From positions 480,001-544,000 of the forward strand of contig CAVPLT010000001.1 of NCBI GenBank assembly GCA_963706325.1: a stretch of 64,000 nucleotides of DNA, given 5' to 3'. The stretch is from an uncultured Nitrospiraceae bacterium. GTDB taxonomy: Bacteria; Nitrospirota; Nitrospiria; Nitrospirales; Nitrospiraceae. Shown piece after piece: positions 21,850 to 32,521 of the stretch. A program made the position numbers and the translations under genes. Under the pieces are notes generated by a model. That model did not search any database. It was given only the letters and a program-made list of their open reading frames with translations, and was not told the origin of the DNA. The number at the start of each line of letters is the position of its first letter. Position 1 is the stretch's first letter.

Positions 21850-23058
21850 ATGCTGAATCTTGAAGACATCGAAGCGGCAGCCCGCCGGATCAAATCGGCA
21901 GTCTACGAGTCTCCACTGGTGCACTCTAAAATGCTGTCCGACCTGACAGGCAATGCGATCTATTTGAAGCTCGAGAATCTGCAAATGACGGGCTCGTTCA
22001 AGGAACGCGGCGCATTGAACCGCATCCTGACGATGACCGACGACGAGAAGCGGCGCGGCGTGATAGCGGCCTCGGCAGGGAACCACGGGCAGGGGGTCGC
22101 CTATCATGCCGCCAGGCGCGGTATCCCGGCCCAAATCTGGATGCCTCGCTCGACACCGATGGTCAAGCTAGCCGCCACCCGTGCCCATGGCGCCGAGGTC
22201 GTGCTGCATGGGACCTCCTACGATGAGGCATATGAAGGCGCCGTCGAACGGAGCCTGCAGACGAACGCGACATTTGTCCACGCGTTCGATGACGAAGCGG
22301 TGATCGCCGGACAAGGCACCATCGGTTTGGAGATTCTGGCCCAGAACCCGGCGTTGGATGTCATCGTCGCCCCGGTCGGGGGAGGCGGGCTCATTGCGGG
22401 CGTCGGTTGCGCCCTGAAAGGAAGACACGCAGGAATCGAGGTCATCGGCGTTCAAACCTCCCGCCTTCCATCGATGACCGCGGCCCTGAAGTCGAAGATG
22501 CCGGTGAGTCTTCCCCCCGCTTCTACCCTGGCGGACGGAATCGCTGTACGAAGGGCGGGCGCACTCACCCTGCCGCTGGTCAGCAAATATGTGGACCACA
22601 TGGTCACGGTCGAGGAAGCGGACATCGCCGCGGCGATTCTCGTGTTGCTGGAACAGGAGAAAACCTTAGCGGAGGGAGCGGGGGCGATTGCGCTGGCGGC
22701 GGTGCTGCAGGGCAAAACCGGCCATCGTGGCAAACACATTGCCGTATTGGTATCAGGCGGTAATCTTGATGTGAACGTGCTCGCCAGAATCATAGAACAG
22801 GGCATGGTCCGCGATGGGCGACGGCTGCGCTTACGGGTGCGACTGCCCGATTATCCGGGGGCGTTGGAAAGACTGGCCTCGGTGATTGCCAAAGCCAATG
22901 CCAACATTGTGGAGACTTCCTACAACCGTGCACATTATGGAGTGAGTTTAAACGAAGCCGCAATTGACATTACGATGGAAACCCGCGGACGCCATCACGC
23001 CTCGGAATTGTTGGCGACCCTGAAGGATTCGCAGTATGAATATAGTCTGGTGGAATAA
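21850..23058 (+). CDS. ilvA: Threonine ammonia-lyase with single C-terminal ACT domain
   Basis: KLENLQMTGSFKERGA (PLP Lys), ASAGNHGQG, VGGGGL, SGGN, ACT domain LPDYPGAL. Confidence 0.92.
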   Translation: MLNLEDIEAAARRIKSAVYESPLVHSKMLSDLTGNAIYLKLENLQMTGSFKERGALNRILTMTDDEKRRGVIAASAGNHGQGVAYHAARRGIPAQIWMPRSTPMVKLAATRAHGAEVVLHGTSYDEAYEGAVERSLQTNATFVHAFDDEAVIAGQGTIGLEILAQNPALDVIVAPVGGGGLIAGVGCALKGRHAGIEVIGVQTSRLPSMTAALKSKMPVSLPPASTLADGIAVRRAGALTLPLVSKYVDHMVTVEEADIAAAILVLLEQEKTLAEGAGAIALAAVLQGKTGHRGKHIAVLVSGGNLDVNVLARIIEQGMVRDGRRLRLRVRLPDYPGALERLASVIAKANANIVETSYNRAHYGVSLNEAAIDITMETRGRHHASELLATLKDSQYEYSLVE

Positions 23059-23310
23059 ACACCGGCGGGATCATCGAGAAAAACAACAACGGCCACTTTC
23101 CTGCGCCCTGTGGCGCCCGATTGCCGACCGGCTCCCGGAATTTTTCTTGCATTCTTCGCCCTTCACAGCTAGATCTAACACAGTTTTTCGGTGGTGCCGT
23201 CCAGCGGTCGTGACTCATGCGCGACCTGGACCCACGTGTGTGTTAATGCAATGAGACAGGCAGTATGGTCTTGCCGGTGGTTCCCCCGCGGGAAAGGCCG
23301 GGGACAGTGC

Positions 23311-23363
23311 AGGCCAGTCGTTGGTCCTTTTCTTAAGGACCGTCGGTTGGCCTTTTTCTTTTC
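23311..23363 (+). terminator. Intrinsic terminator about 20 nt upstream of the dabB start
   Basis: Stem AGGCCAGTCGTTGGTCCTT/AAGGACCGTCGGTTGGCCT (G-U pairs, one mismatch) followed by TTTTCTTTT. Confidence 0.75.
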
Positions 23364-23383
23364 ATGAGCCGAATGGATTCCGC

Positions 23384-25083
23384 ATGGTCTTGCTAGTGCT
23401 CGTGCCGCTCTTGCCACTGTTGACAGCGTTCATCGTGATGACCGGTCATCGCGCCGATCAAGATCAGACTGCGAAGGCCGGCCTGTTCCCTATCGTCGCC
23501 GCCTTCGTTGGGGCGCTCGTCACTCTGGTGCTCGTGCCCTCCGAGGGGGCTATCACGGTACAATTCTATGACCCGGCCGCCATGGCCAATCTCGCCTTTC
23601 CCATCGGATTCTACATCGACCGGCTGAGCGCGGTCATGATGGTCCTGATTTCGGGAGTGACCGCGCTCATCTATCGCTACTCGGTGGGCTACATGTACCA
23701 AGATCGCGGCTATCGCCGATACCTCGGGCTACTCGGCATCACCACCTCGGTACTACTCTGCATGGTGTGCAGCGCCAATCTGGTGATGTTATTTATGTTT
23801 TGGCAAATTCTTCCCTGGCTTCTCTTTCTCGCTGGCGCACAACCACGGGCATGTCGCGACGCTCGCGGGCGCCTCCAACACCTTTACGCTCTTGCGCCTC
23901 GGCGACGTGGTCTTTCTCGCCGGGATTGTGCTGGCCTATTCGCTCTATGGCACCTTCGAGTTTCAGGCGCTGTTCGCTCGCGCCGCGGAGATTCCCGTGA
24001 CCCTGTCTCTCTGGCCTGCTCTGGCTGGGAAATGGACGGCGTCACGGCGGTGACCTTGCTCATTTTCGTCGGCGCCATGAGCAAGTCGGCTCAGTTCCCG
24101 CTCCATACGTGGCTTCCACGATCGCTCTATGCGCCGACGCCGGTCCACGCGCTGCTGCATGCCGGCATCATCAACGCGGGAGGCTTTTTACTGAACCGAC
24201 TCGCCCCGCTCTATGGTCTGAGTCCCGACCACGCTTGCACGTCGTATTCCTCATCGGCATGCTGACCGCCATTCTCGGCGCGACTATGATGTTGACCCAG
24301 AACGACATCAAGAAGACGCTCGGCTTTTCGACCATCGGCCAGATGGGCTACATGATTATGGAATGCGGGTTGGGCGCGTTTTCCCTCGCCGTGTTCCATC
24401 TCATCGCGCACGGACTGTTCAAGGGCTACCGTCTTTTTGAACTGCGGCAACGTGATTCATAAGGCCCGACAAGAACCCTCGTTCCCGCAGGCCGGTCACG
24501 AGGCGGAAGACAGCCAGATTCTCCAACCTGACCTGGTCCACCGGATTCGTGACGACGCTCCTCTTGCCGCTCGTGATCCTCTTGGTCACGCATGGCATCT
24601 TGAGAATTCCGCTGCTGGAATCGCAGGGGACCGTGATCTTTCTGTTCTTTATCTGGGTCACGTCCTCGCAGGCCATTCTGTCATTGACGCGCATTCGCGC
24701 CGTCGCGTCCTGGAAGGTGTCCGCCGCCATGCTGCTTACGCTCATCTTCGTCCTGTTCACCTACCTGTTCGCGGTCGAGAGCTTCACGCATTTCCTTTAC
24801 CCCGATCCCGATGAGGTGGCGTCGTACTTTCGAGGCCGCGGCATTGCCGGGCCGGCTCTTCGATCGCCTGGTGTCGGGCACGACGTTGTTGACGTCCTCG
24901 GCTGGTTTTACGTCTATGCCCATGCGCATGGGCGGACGATCCGCATGCCAGCCTGGATTGAAGGGTCTTCTGACTCGTCTGTATGTCCTGTTTATGAATC
25001 GACTCTATCTCGACGCAGCTGTATTTCAAACTCGGCCGGGTCGTGACGCTGGTCGCCCATCGGCTGGAGAAACGGTCTCGTGA
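23384..25083 (+). CDS. dabB: DabB-like (NuoL/ND5 family) membrane subunit of inorganic carbon pump; several frameshifts
   Basis: IDRLSAVM, KSAQFPLHTWLP, APTPVHALLHAG, QNDIKKTLGFST, HLIAHGLFK found across successive frames; in operon with DUF2309. Confidence 0.85.
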
Positions 25084-25143
25084 CGATGTCCGCACCAGGA
25101 ACGCACACGTCAGCGATCCGCTATGCCTGGCCGGAGGCCGGTC

Positions 25144-26468
25144 ATGATACAGGCTTGGATGACGCCCTGGCTTCTCGTCGCCATTCCGTGCCCTCGGCGC
25201 GGTCCTCAGCCTGCTCTGGTGGTCCTCGCTTCACCGGATGAAAACCTGGGGCGCTCACTCACCGCGATGGCGAGCTTGCTCGCGTGATGGCCCTGTCGTG
25301 GGTGCAGGACCGAGTCGCTCGCCGGCATGCCGTTACTCTGCCTGCTCCCATTGACGGCGTTCCTCTCGCTGCTTGGGACAGCCGCTGCACCCGGATAACC
25401 GCGCTGGCCTGGTCTGTCGACGTTGGTGCTGTTGGGATTGGGATTGGGAATTCTGACCGGTCAGGAACTGCCTCGCAGCTTCATGCTTGTCATCCTTCTT
25501 GGGCTTTTCTGCGGCTTGCATCTCTCGTTCGCGGAATGGCGCCTCCCTGAAGTCTGGCGAGCGCTGGCGATCCTACGGCCTGGGCATGGCCTCGGCCATG
25601 CTGTCCCTGGTTCTCCCGAGCACCGGCGTCCACAGTCGCTGTCCTGGTCACCTGTGCGACCCTCCTCCCTCTGTTTCCTCTGCACGGAGGATTCGTCGCG
25701 AGCCCTCACCGGATTGCCGGGCAATCTTCCCGCGTTTGCAGTCGTGCTGTTGCCCGTGGTCGGCTTTCACAGCCTCCTGCTAGGCTGCTTCCGAACCTGA
25801 CCGGAGCGATGCTTCCAACTCGTGACCATTCTGGCGCTGGTGGGCGCCTGTTATGGTTCGCTCCTGGCATGGATCAGTCACGCGTCCTCTCTCGCCTCGC
25901 CTACGCAGGCCTTGCCTTCTTGTCAATACTCTGGTGGTATGTCGCAGGCACGGGAACTGCGCCCGTGCAAACCACTGGTGTACCTCAGCGCCGTCGGCCT
26001 CGCGATGAGCGGGCTTTTGCTCGCCTGGTACTCGATTCGGGCTCGCTACGGCGACATCGACGTGCGCTCGCTTGGCGGCATTGGCTTACCCTATGCCGCG
26101 CTTCAGTACCCTGCTGTCGTTGCTGGCACTCGCGGCCCTCGGCATGCCGCCCTTCGGTGTCTTTTCCGGCTTCATGGGCATGCTGCTCAATCCTGCCTTC
26201 TCTCCTTCGGGACCGTTCGCCGTCATCATGCTCGTCTGGCTCAGCGCATCCTGGTACTTTCTGGATACTGGTGCAATCGGTTGGTCTTCGGCCGGCAACG
26301 GCCGGATCTGCGGTATGAAGACCTGCACCAGACGGAATTCGCGTCTCTCCTGATGCTGCTGGTTCTCCTGTTGGCCCTCGGCATCGCTCCCTTCTCGACT
26401 CTTTCAGTCGAACGCCACCACTCCATCGGAGGCTGTGGCGATCAAGGCTGCCGACATGGATCCAGTAG
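25144..26468 (+). CDS. Second, degenerate antiporter-like (NuoM/MrpD-like) membrane subunit; several frameshifts
   Basis: GGAGG RBS; fragments LPLFPLHGG, LAYAGLAFLS, GxLAYPMPRF, LAALGMPPFGVFSGF; boundaries approximate. Confidence 0.7.
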
Positions 26469-29400
26469 ACACAACGGACCACAGACCGGACCTCGAAGCG
26501 CGACGTATGGAGTTGCGGGGAATGATTCGCCTCGCCAGCGAGGTGATCGCCCAATACTGGCCCATGCGGACGTTCGTCCACCACAATCCGCTGCATAGCC
26601 TGGAGTATCTTCCGTTCACTGAGACGGTTCGTCGCGGCCAACAGTTCTTGGGAGGGCAGCGGCTATCTTCCGGGTGAACGTGTATCGACGCTATCTGAAG
26701 TCCGGCAGGATTCAGGTCCCCACATCGAGGAAGCATTGGCTCCGCTGGCGCGTGATCAGGAAGTGACCCTCGGACCCTGCAGCATTTCGCACCGTGAGGT
26801 GTTGCGGGCCTGCATGACACACGGACTGTCCACGTCCATGCACGAACCGCTCGATCCTCTGATGAGACGCGAGCCGAATGAGGAGCAAATCGAAGCTCTG
26901 GCCGAGCGCTTGGTTCCTTTTCGCGCCGACCGTCAAGGAACGCATGACCACCACGGTCCGCGAGGACTGTGGCCGCGTTGGGACGACAATTGACCCTCAC
27001 GGTTGGTGCGATCAAACGCTCGGCACCCAGATCGTGAACCAGATCAACGGCGAGTTGATCAAGTGGTGTGAGGCCTTTCTGGACGAGGGACATGCCACCT
27101 GGTCGATGCCTGGGACGGGAACAGGGTCTCTACGCGGCGTGGAAACGACTGGCGGTGAAGCGAATGGACGACTTGCGGTATCGCGGAGAGTCGCCGGAAA
27201 ATTGCATCCGCTGTCCGGAGCATCCCGAGGACACGGTGTTTGACTGCCTCGAAGCGTTGGCGATTCCCGCGGAGTTCCGTCACGATTACCTCTCGCTCCA
27301 ACTCGCCGCCCTTCCCGGTTGGGCTGGATTCATCAAATGGCGTGCGGAAGAGGACGCGCTATGCCTGGCAACAGGCCTATCCCGTCGGACTGGTCAAGTT
27401 TCTCGCTGTCCGCTTGTGGTACGTGCGCGAACTGGTCCAGAAAGTTTGCCAAGAAGAATTGGGTATCGAGGGAAACTATCGCGCGAGTCTCAACCTATAT
27501 GGAAGCAGCATCCCCATGCCTACTTCATGCGTAAGGAACAGGCCGCGGGACGGTTGCCGCCCGTCTATGCCGAACGAGTCGATCGCCTCCATGCCCAGAC
27601 GCAGCAGGACGCCAGGCGATCGGCAGCCTTGTCGCACGAGTGGGAACAGCTCACGCAGCAGTACCAGATGGAATTCGGATCGCCATCGCGAGCAGGCCGC
27701 GCGCCGAGTCATGGCCCGACGTCTCCTCACTCTCGCCCACGCGCTCGAGATCGTGCCCAGCCGTGTTGATGGAGGTTCCCCGACCGACCTTCGCGTGCTC
27801 GTGGATTGGATGGAGGCCTTTCCGGAATCGGCCCATGGCCCCGTGTGGCTCAAGGCCTTCGAAGCAGGATATCAGGACCATCTGTTCGGCATGCTGCTGC
27901 GCGCGTCGGCCAAGCCCCAACCGGCCGGTCCCGGAACATCAACCGCCGGTGCGGCCCCATTCGCAATCGGTCTTTTGCATTGACGTCCGGTCTGAGCCAT
28001 TCCGCCGCCATTTGGAATCGACCGGCGCAAACGATACGTATGGATTCGCCGGATTCTTCGCAGTCTTCATTCGGTATCGAGCATGGGGCAAGGAACATGA
28101 AACGGAGCAGTTTCCGGTGATCATGCGCGCGAAGAACGAAGTACGCGAGATCCCCCGCAGCTATCTGGATCACTACGTGTCTCAAGCACCAGTCACGGGC
28201 CAAACTCGTCCATGCCGGACATACCCTGTTGCATGATCTCAAGGAAAATGTCGTCACGCCGTACGTCATGGTGGAGTCGATCGGGTGGTTCTACGGCTTA
28301 CCCATTGTCGGGAAGACGGTGCTTCCCGCACTGTACAAACGTATCACCGACTGGGTGCGGCGTCTGTTTGTGCCGCCGATCGCCACCAGCGTCACGGTGG
28401 ACAAATTCGCCCCGGCCGAGACCGAAGAGATGCTGGTCGCCGAACAACGCGCGCTGATATGGAAGGCACTGCGCGATCGGCTCAGTCTCCATGGATCGCG
28501 GGTCGATCCCGAGTTCGTCGAAGCGTTACGACGGCGGGCACTGGACGAGGATGCGCCGGTCGAGCCCTTCTTGAGCAACGCGGCCAAGTCCGTCGGATCT
28601 GTCTGTGCAGAGCAGCTGACGGCGTTTCTCGAGGAACTCCGGGGGCACTACCGGATCAATCGCCGCGCGGCTTCTCGCCAGAAAGAACGGATTACGCGCA
28701 CCGGGTTCACCATCGAGGAGCAGGTCATCACCGTTGAAACCGCCTTGCGCATGATGGGCTTGATCAGGAACTTCGCGCGGCTCGTGCTGTTCTGCGCGCA
28801 CGGAAGCACCGACCGAGAACAACCCGTTCGAATCGGCCCTGGACTGCGGCGCCTGCGGAGGGACACGAAGGGAAACCCAATGCGCGTGTGCTGGCGGCGA
28901 TGGCAAATCGACCGCCGGTCCGAGAACGGCTGACAAGGCGTGGCATCGAGATTCCATCGGATACGCACTTTCGTCGCCGGACAGGTGGACACGACGACCG
29001 ATGAGGTGCAGCTGTTTGATCTCGAAGATGTGCCGCCGACACACCGCAAGGACGTGCGCCCGGTTGCTTGATGACTTGCGAGAAGCCGCCCAATTGACGA
29101 GCCAAGAGCGCTGCACGCGTTTCCCGGATGTCGAACGCCATCCTACCGGTTGCCCGAGGCGCGTCTCTGTGGACGGCCGGAGCGCAGACTGGAGCCAGGT
29201 GCGGCCCGAGTGGGGCCTCTCCAGCAATACGGCCTTCATCATCGGCCGACGAGATCTGACGAAAGGACTCAACCTGTCCGGACGCGTCTTTCTGCACTCC
29301 TACGATTATCGCGAAGATCCGACCGACCGTTGCTCGAAGTGGTGCTGACGGCGCCGCAAGTGGTGGCGCAGTGGATCAATATGGAACATTATTTTTCAGC

Positions 29401-29741
29401 CGTGGACAATGATGTGTACGGAAGCGGCAGCAAGATTTACCACAACGTGGTCGGGCGCGTCGGCGTCATGTCCGGTCCGTGGAGCGATCTCCGACTCGGG
29501 CTGGCGTGGCAGACCGTCATGAACGACGAGCTGCCCTACCACGAACCGATGCGCCTCCTGACGCTGGTCGAGGCGTCGCGCGCGCGCATCGAGATACTCA
29601 TCGCACGACATGAGGTGCTGCAACATTTTTATCACAACGAGTGGGTACACCTGGCCGACACTGGACCCGGAGGACGGAACGTGGTACCGCTATGTACCGT
29701 CCGGTTTCTGGCGTCGGGTCAGGAATCCGGCGGATACGTGA
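26456..29741 (+). CDS. dabA: DabA (DUF2309/UPF0753) beta-carbonic-anhydrase-like subunit; many frameshifts
   Basis: YWPMRTFVHHNPL, LPGWAGFIKWR, FCIDVRSE, GFAGFF, HGS...ALDCGAC (Zn ligands), DWSQVRPEWGL, FLHSYDY, YHEPMRL. Confidence 0.9.
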
Positions 29742-29796
29742 GGCACGGGCTAGACATCATCGTGTAAGATTAGGCTTTTTTCAAAGGAGTTGACAT

Positions 29797-30138
29797 ATGG
29801 GCGGACTGACGTTGCATCCCATGAAAGAAATCCGTGTGATCGTGTCGGGTGACAACCGCCCTTCGTGACCGAGCTGTTGGATAGAGTGGAGGCCACCGGA
29901 TACACCATCATCGGCAATATCTCCGGGAAGGGCCATCATGGCGTGCGAGAGGCCCACTTCATGTTCAGCGAACAGGAGAGCCTGGTCATGATCATGACGG
30001 TCGTGCCGGAAGAAAAGGTGGAACCGATGCTCGCCGGGCTGCGACCGCTATTCGAACGATACTCAGGCGTCATGTTCGTCTCTGACGTGACCGTGAGCCG
30101 GCGTGAGTACTTCGGCGAAGAAGGCGCCCAAGTCCTGA
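29797..30138 (+). CDS. PII-like (SbtB-type) regulator; two frameshifts
   Basis: AAGGAG RBS; MGGLTLHPMKEIRVIV...ATGYTIIGNISGKGHHG...GVMFVSDV. Confidence 0.8.
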
Positions 30139-30373
30139 GTCCACCGTCCCGGACCCCGCTCCTATCAGAGCTCGCGCGACGATGGGCTGAACCTTGTCTT
30201 TGTAGTACTGATTGTCTACAATGTGCGCGGCTTGACCTGTAAGAGGAAGGACAGGACGTGAAGGGACTTACGGTTCGAACGGCTCGGACGAAACCGCCAT
30301 TACAATATCATTTTCCACATCGGCAGCAGCTATGTACCGGTAAGCGATGACACTATCGAAGAACTTAAGTCCC

Positions 30374-30580
30374 AATACTCTACTGTCTTCTGAACGCTTC
30401 CTCGAACTCCTCGTCGACAAAATCGGTTACTCCAGCTACCTGAAGGCCCAGATCCGCTCAGAACTCCAAATCGCCGGCGATCCGATGACTCAGATTACGG
30501 TCCTGCAAGGCGCCATTCGGGAACTGTAACGCGCGTCCCTCGTCCATTCTCACCATCCGTATATTCTCAACCTTCAATGA
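30374..30580 (+). repeat. Copy 1 of duplicated gene 3' end (...LKAQIRSELQIAGDPMTQITVLQGAIREL*) plus downstream sequence
   Basis: Aligns by eye with 31277-31483. Confidence 0.75.
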
Positions 30581-30589
30581 ACCTCTCGC

Positions 30590-31207
30590 TTGCGTCTCCA
30601 ACGGGAGACGCGGCTCAAACGCCTGTCCATTCACGTCGAATCAGCTACTCATGTAGCGGCCGTCCGCATCGCCGGAGATGTACGGAGAATGCAGGGATGC
30701 GGCTATATATCAATCCTTTCCATTCGGCTCGTCATTCTCGAATCGCGCGCTATACTTCAGACAGGTCATTTGGAGTCACCATCACAGCGTCGATATACGG
30801 GACTCTCGAAAATGCAGAATACCAATCGTACGCATGCATTGCAGACTATTCCCGCTAGGTTAGATGAAATCCTCCTGACCCGCATCGCCTCGGCTGTACC
30901 GATCGTGCTATTCGCGATGGCATTGTTTATCGCATCCTTTGCGGTGATCCGGTATCTGGATGCCACGGAGCAAACCGATATCAGTCAGACGGATAGGTTT
31001 TACCTGACACGCCTGAATGTAGAACTGCAGGAACCATATCGAGCGTATCGCCACCATCGTGTGTACCCGGAGCCCGCCGCCCGATGGGTGCTAGAGGAGC
31101 GAGAGCTCATGGAACTTCAGCAGTGGATCAAGCAGCACGACCTCGTTGTTCAGGCTGCGTTGGCTGGGGAAACCGGGGCGGGATCAGTCAAAAACTGGCT
31201 GCATTGA
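30590..31207 (+). CDS. Hypothetical single-TM protein (true start probably 30812)
   Basis: ORF with hydrophobic stretch IASAVPIVLFAMALFIASFAVI, lying between the two repeats. Confidence 0.5.
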   Translation: MRLQRETRLKRLSIHVESATHVAAVRIAGDVRRMQGCGYISILSIRLVILESRAILQTGHLESPSQRRYTGLSKMQNTNRTHALQTIPARLDEILLTRIASAVPIVLFAMALFIASFAVIRYLDATEQTDISQTDRFYLTRLNVELQEPYRAYRHHRVYPEPAARWVLEERELMELQQWIKQHDLVVQAALAGETGAGSVKNWLH

Positions 31208-31276
31208 GACAGCACCGGCTCCGGATGGTATCACGCAGGCGGTTGAGGACGAGACACTCGATGCAATGAAGACCAG

Positions 31277-31483
31277 ACTTTGCTGACCTTAAAGCACTTC
31301 CTCCACCTTCTCACCGACAAAGTCCCTTTACTCTCTCTCCCTCAAGGAGCAGACCCGCTCGGAGCTCAAAATCGCCGGAGATCCGATAACACTGAGACTT
31401 CCCCCTCCAAGGCGTCATCAGAGCTGTAATCTGCTATTGAACATTCTCTCCTGCTTCGTGCTCGATTCTAAAATCTTCAATGT
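31277..31483 (+). repeat. Copy 2 (decayed) of duplicated gene 3' end
   Basis: Translates with indels as TLLTLKHFLHLLTDKVPYSLSLKEQTRSELKIAGDPI..LQGVI.EL*. Confidence 0.75.
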
Positions 31484-31626
31484 GCCCTAGCCGGCACCCT
31501 TTCGGTGTTTTCCCTTCAGTCTTTTTGAGCAACTATCGACCAGCCCTATCGTCAAGGTTGAAGGCCGCGCTGCTTAGTTTTGTGACGCCTGTAGCCTCTG
31601 GGAGACATCCTTTCTGTCGTCGTTGA

Positions 31627-31655
31627 TTGATCCCAAATTGGGATCATGGTAGACT
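31627..31655 (+). promoter_or_regulatory. higBA promoter with overlapping palindromic operator
   Basis: TTGATC-17 bp-TAGACT; perfect inverted repeat TGATCCCAA-A-TTGGGATCA at 31628-31646. Confidence 0.75.
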
Positions 31656-31660
31656 GCCCC

Positions 31661-31954
31661 GTGCGCATCATCGCGAAGCGGACTCTAGGCACATTCTGGA
31701 ATCGGTACCCGCGCGCGCGAGGACCTTTAGAAGCCTGGCATCAGGAAGTGGTTCATGCAGACTGGACAAGCCCGTCGGAGCTTAAAGCTCAGTTTCGCTC
31801 AGCGAGTGTGCTGCAAGGCAGCCGCGCGGTGTTCAACATTGCAGGGAACCAGTACCGATTGGTGGTGAAGATTAACTACGCCTATCGGATTGTCTATATC
31901 CGTTTCGTCGGCACCCATCAAGAGTATGACCAGATCGATGTACACACCGTCTGA
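31661..31954 (+). CDS. higB: HigB toxin (RelE superfamily mRNA interferase)
   Basis: MRIIAKRTL, VFNIAGNQYRLV, IRFVGTHQEYD. Confidence 0.92.
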   Translation: MRIIAKRTLGTFWNRYPRARGPLEAWHQEVVHADWTSPSELKAQFRSASVLQGSRAVFNIAGNQYRLVVKINYAYRIVYIRFVGTHQEYDQIDVHTV

Positions 31955-31969
31955 CAAGGTGCAGAAGCC

Positions 31970-32329
31970 ATGAATATTTCTCCTATCAAAACCAAGCGGG
32001 ATCATGAGCGCGCATTGCTCCGCATCGAACACCTGATGGATGCAAAGCTCGGCACCAAAGCCGGAGATGAGTTGGACATTCTCACCACCCTCGTGGAAGC
32101 CTACGAGGCCAAGCATCATGCAGTCAGTCCACCTGATCCCGTTGAAGCGATTCGATTTCGGATGGAACAATTAGGCATGAGCCGGAAGGATTTGGAGGCA
32201 TTGCTCGGAGGGCGAGGCCGAGTCTCTGAAATTCTCTCTAAAAAACGCGGCCTCTCACTGACTATGATTCGTCGAATCCATCGCACACTCCACATTCCAC
32301 TCGAAAGCCTGATTGGCACAGCGGCGTAG
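31970..32329 (+). CDS. higA: HigA antitoxin (HTH)
   Basis: LVEAYE, PDPVEAIRFRMEQ, RVSEILSKKRGLSLTMIR. Confidence 0.92.
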   Translation: MNISPIKTKRDHERALLRIEHLMDAKLGTKAGDELDILTTLVEAYEAKHHAVSPPDPVEAIRFRMEQLGMSRKDLEALLGGRGRVSEILSKKRGLSLTMIRRIHRTLHIPLESLIGTAA

Positions 32330-32521
32330 GATCACTGCGGAGCATGCCCTTCCCTTTAGAATTCAACATTAGAGCTCAAAACGCGCGGCCGTAGGCAGGA
32401 AAGATGGCAGTACGCACTAGCGCTCCGAACGGCACCAACTTTAAGGTGTTGTTAAGCGCTTCCTCTGGGGGTTAACTCTTTACATCCGAGTCGAAACTCG
32501 TGGTGCCCGCACACATTTCGA

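Noticed and set aside
23384..26468. Respiratory complex I or Mrp antiporter operon
   Set aside because: No other nuo/mrp subunits; linkage to DUF2309 identifies a DAB-type system
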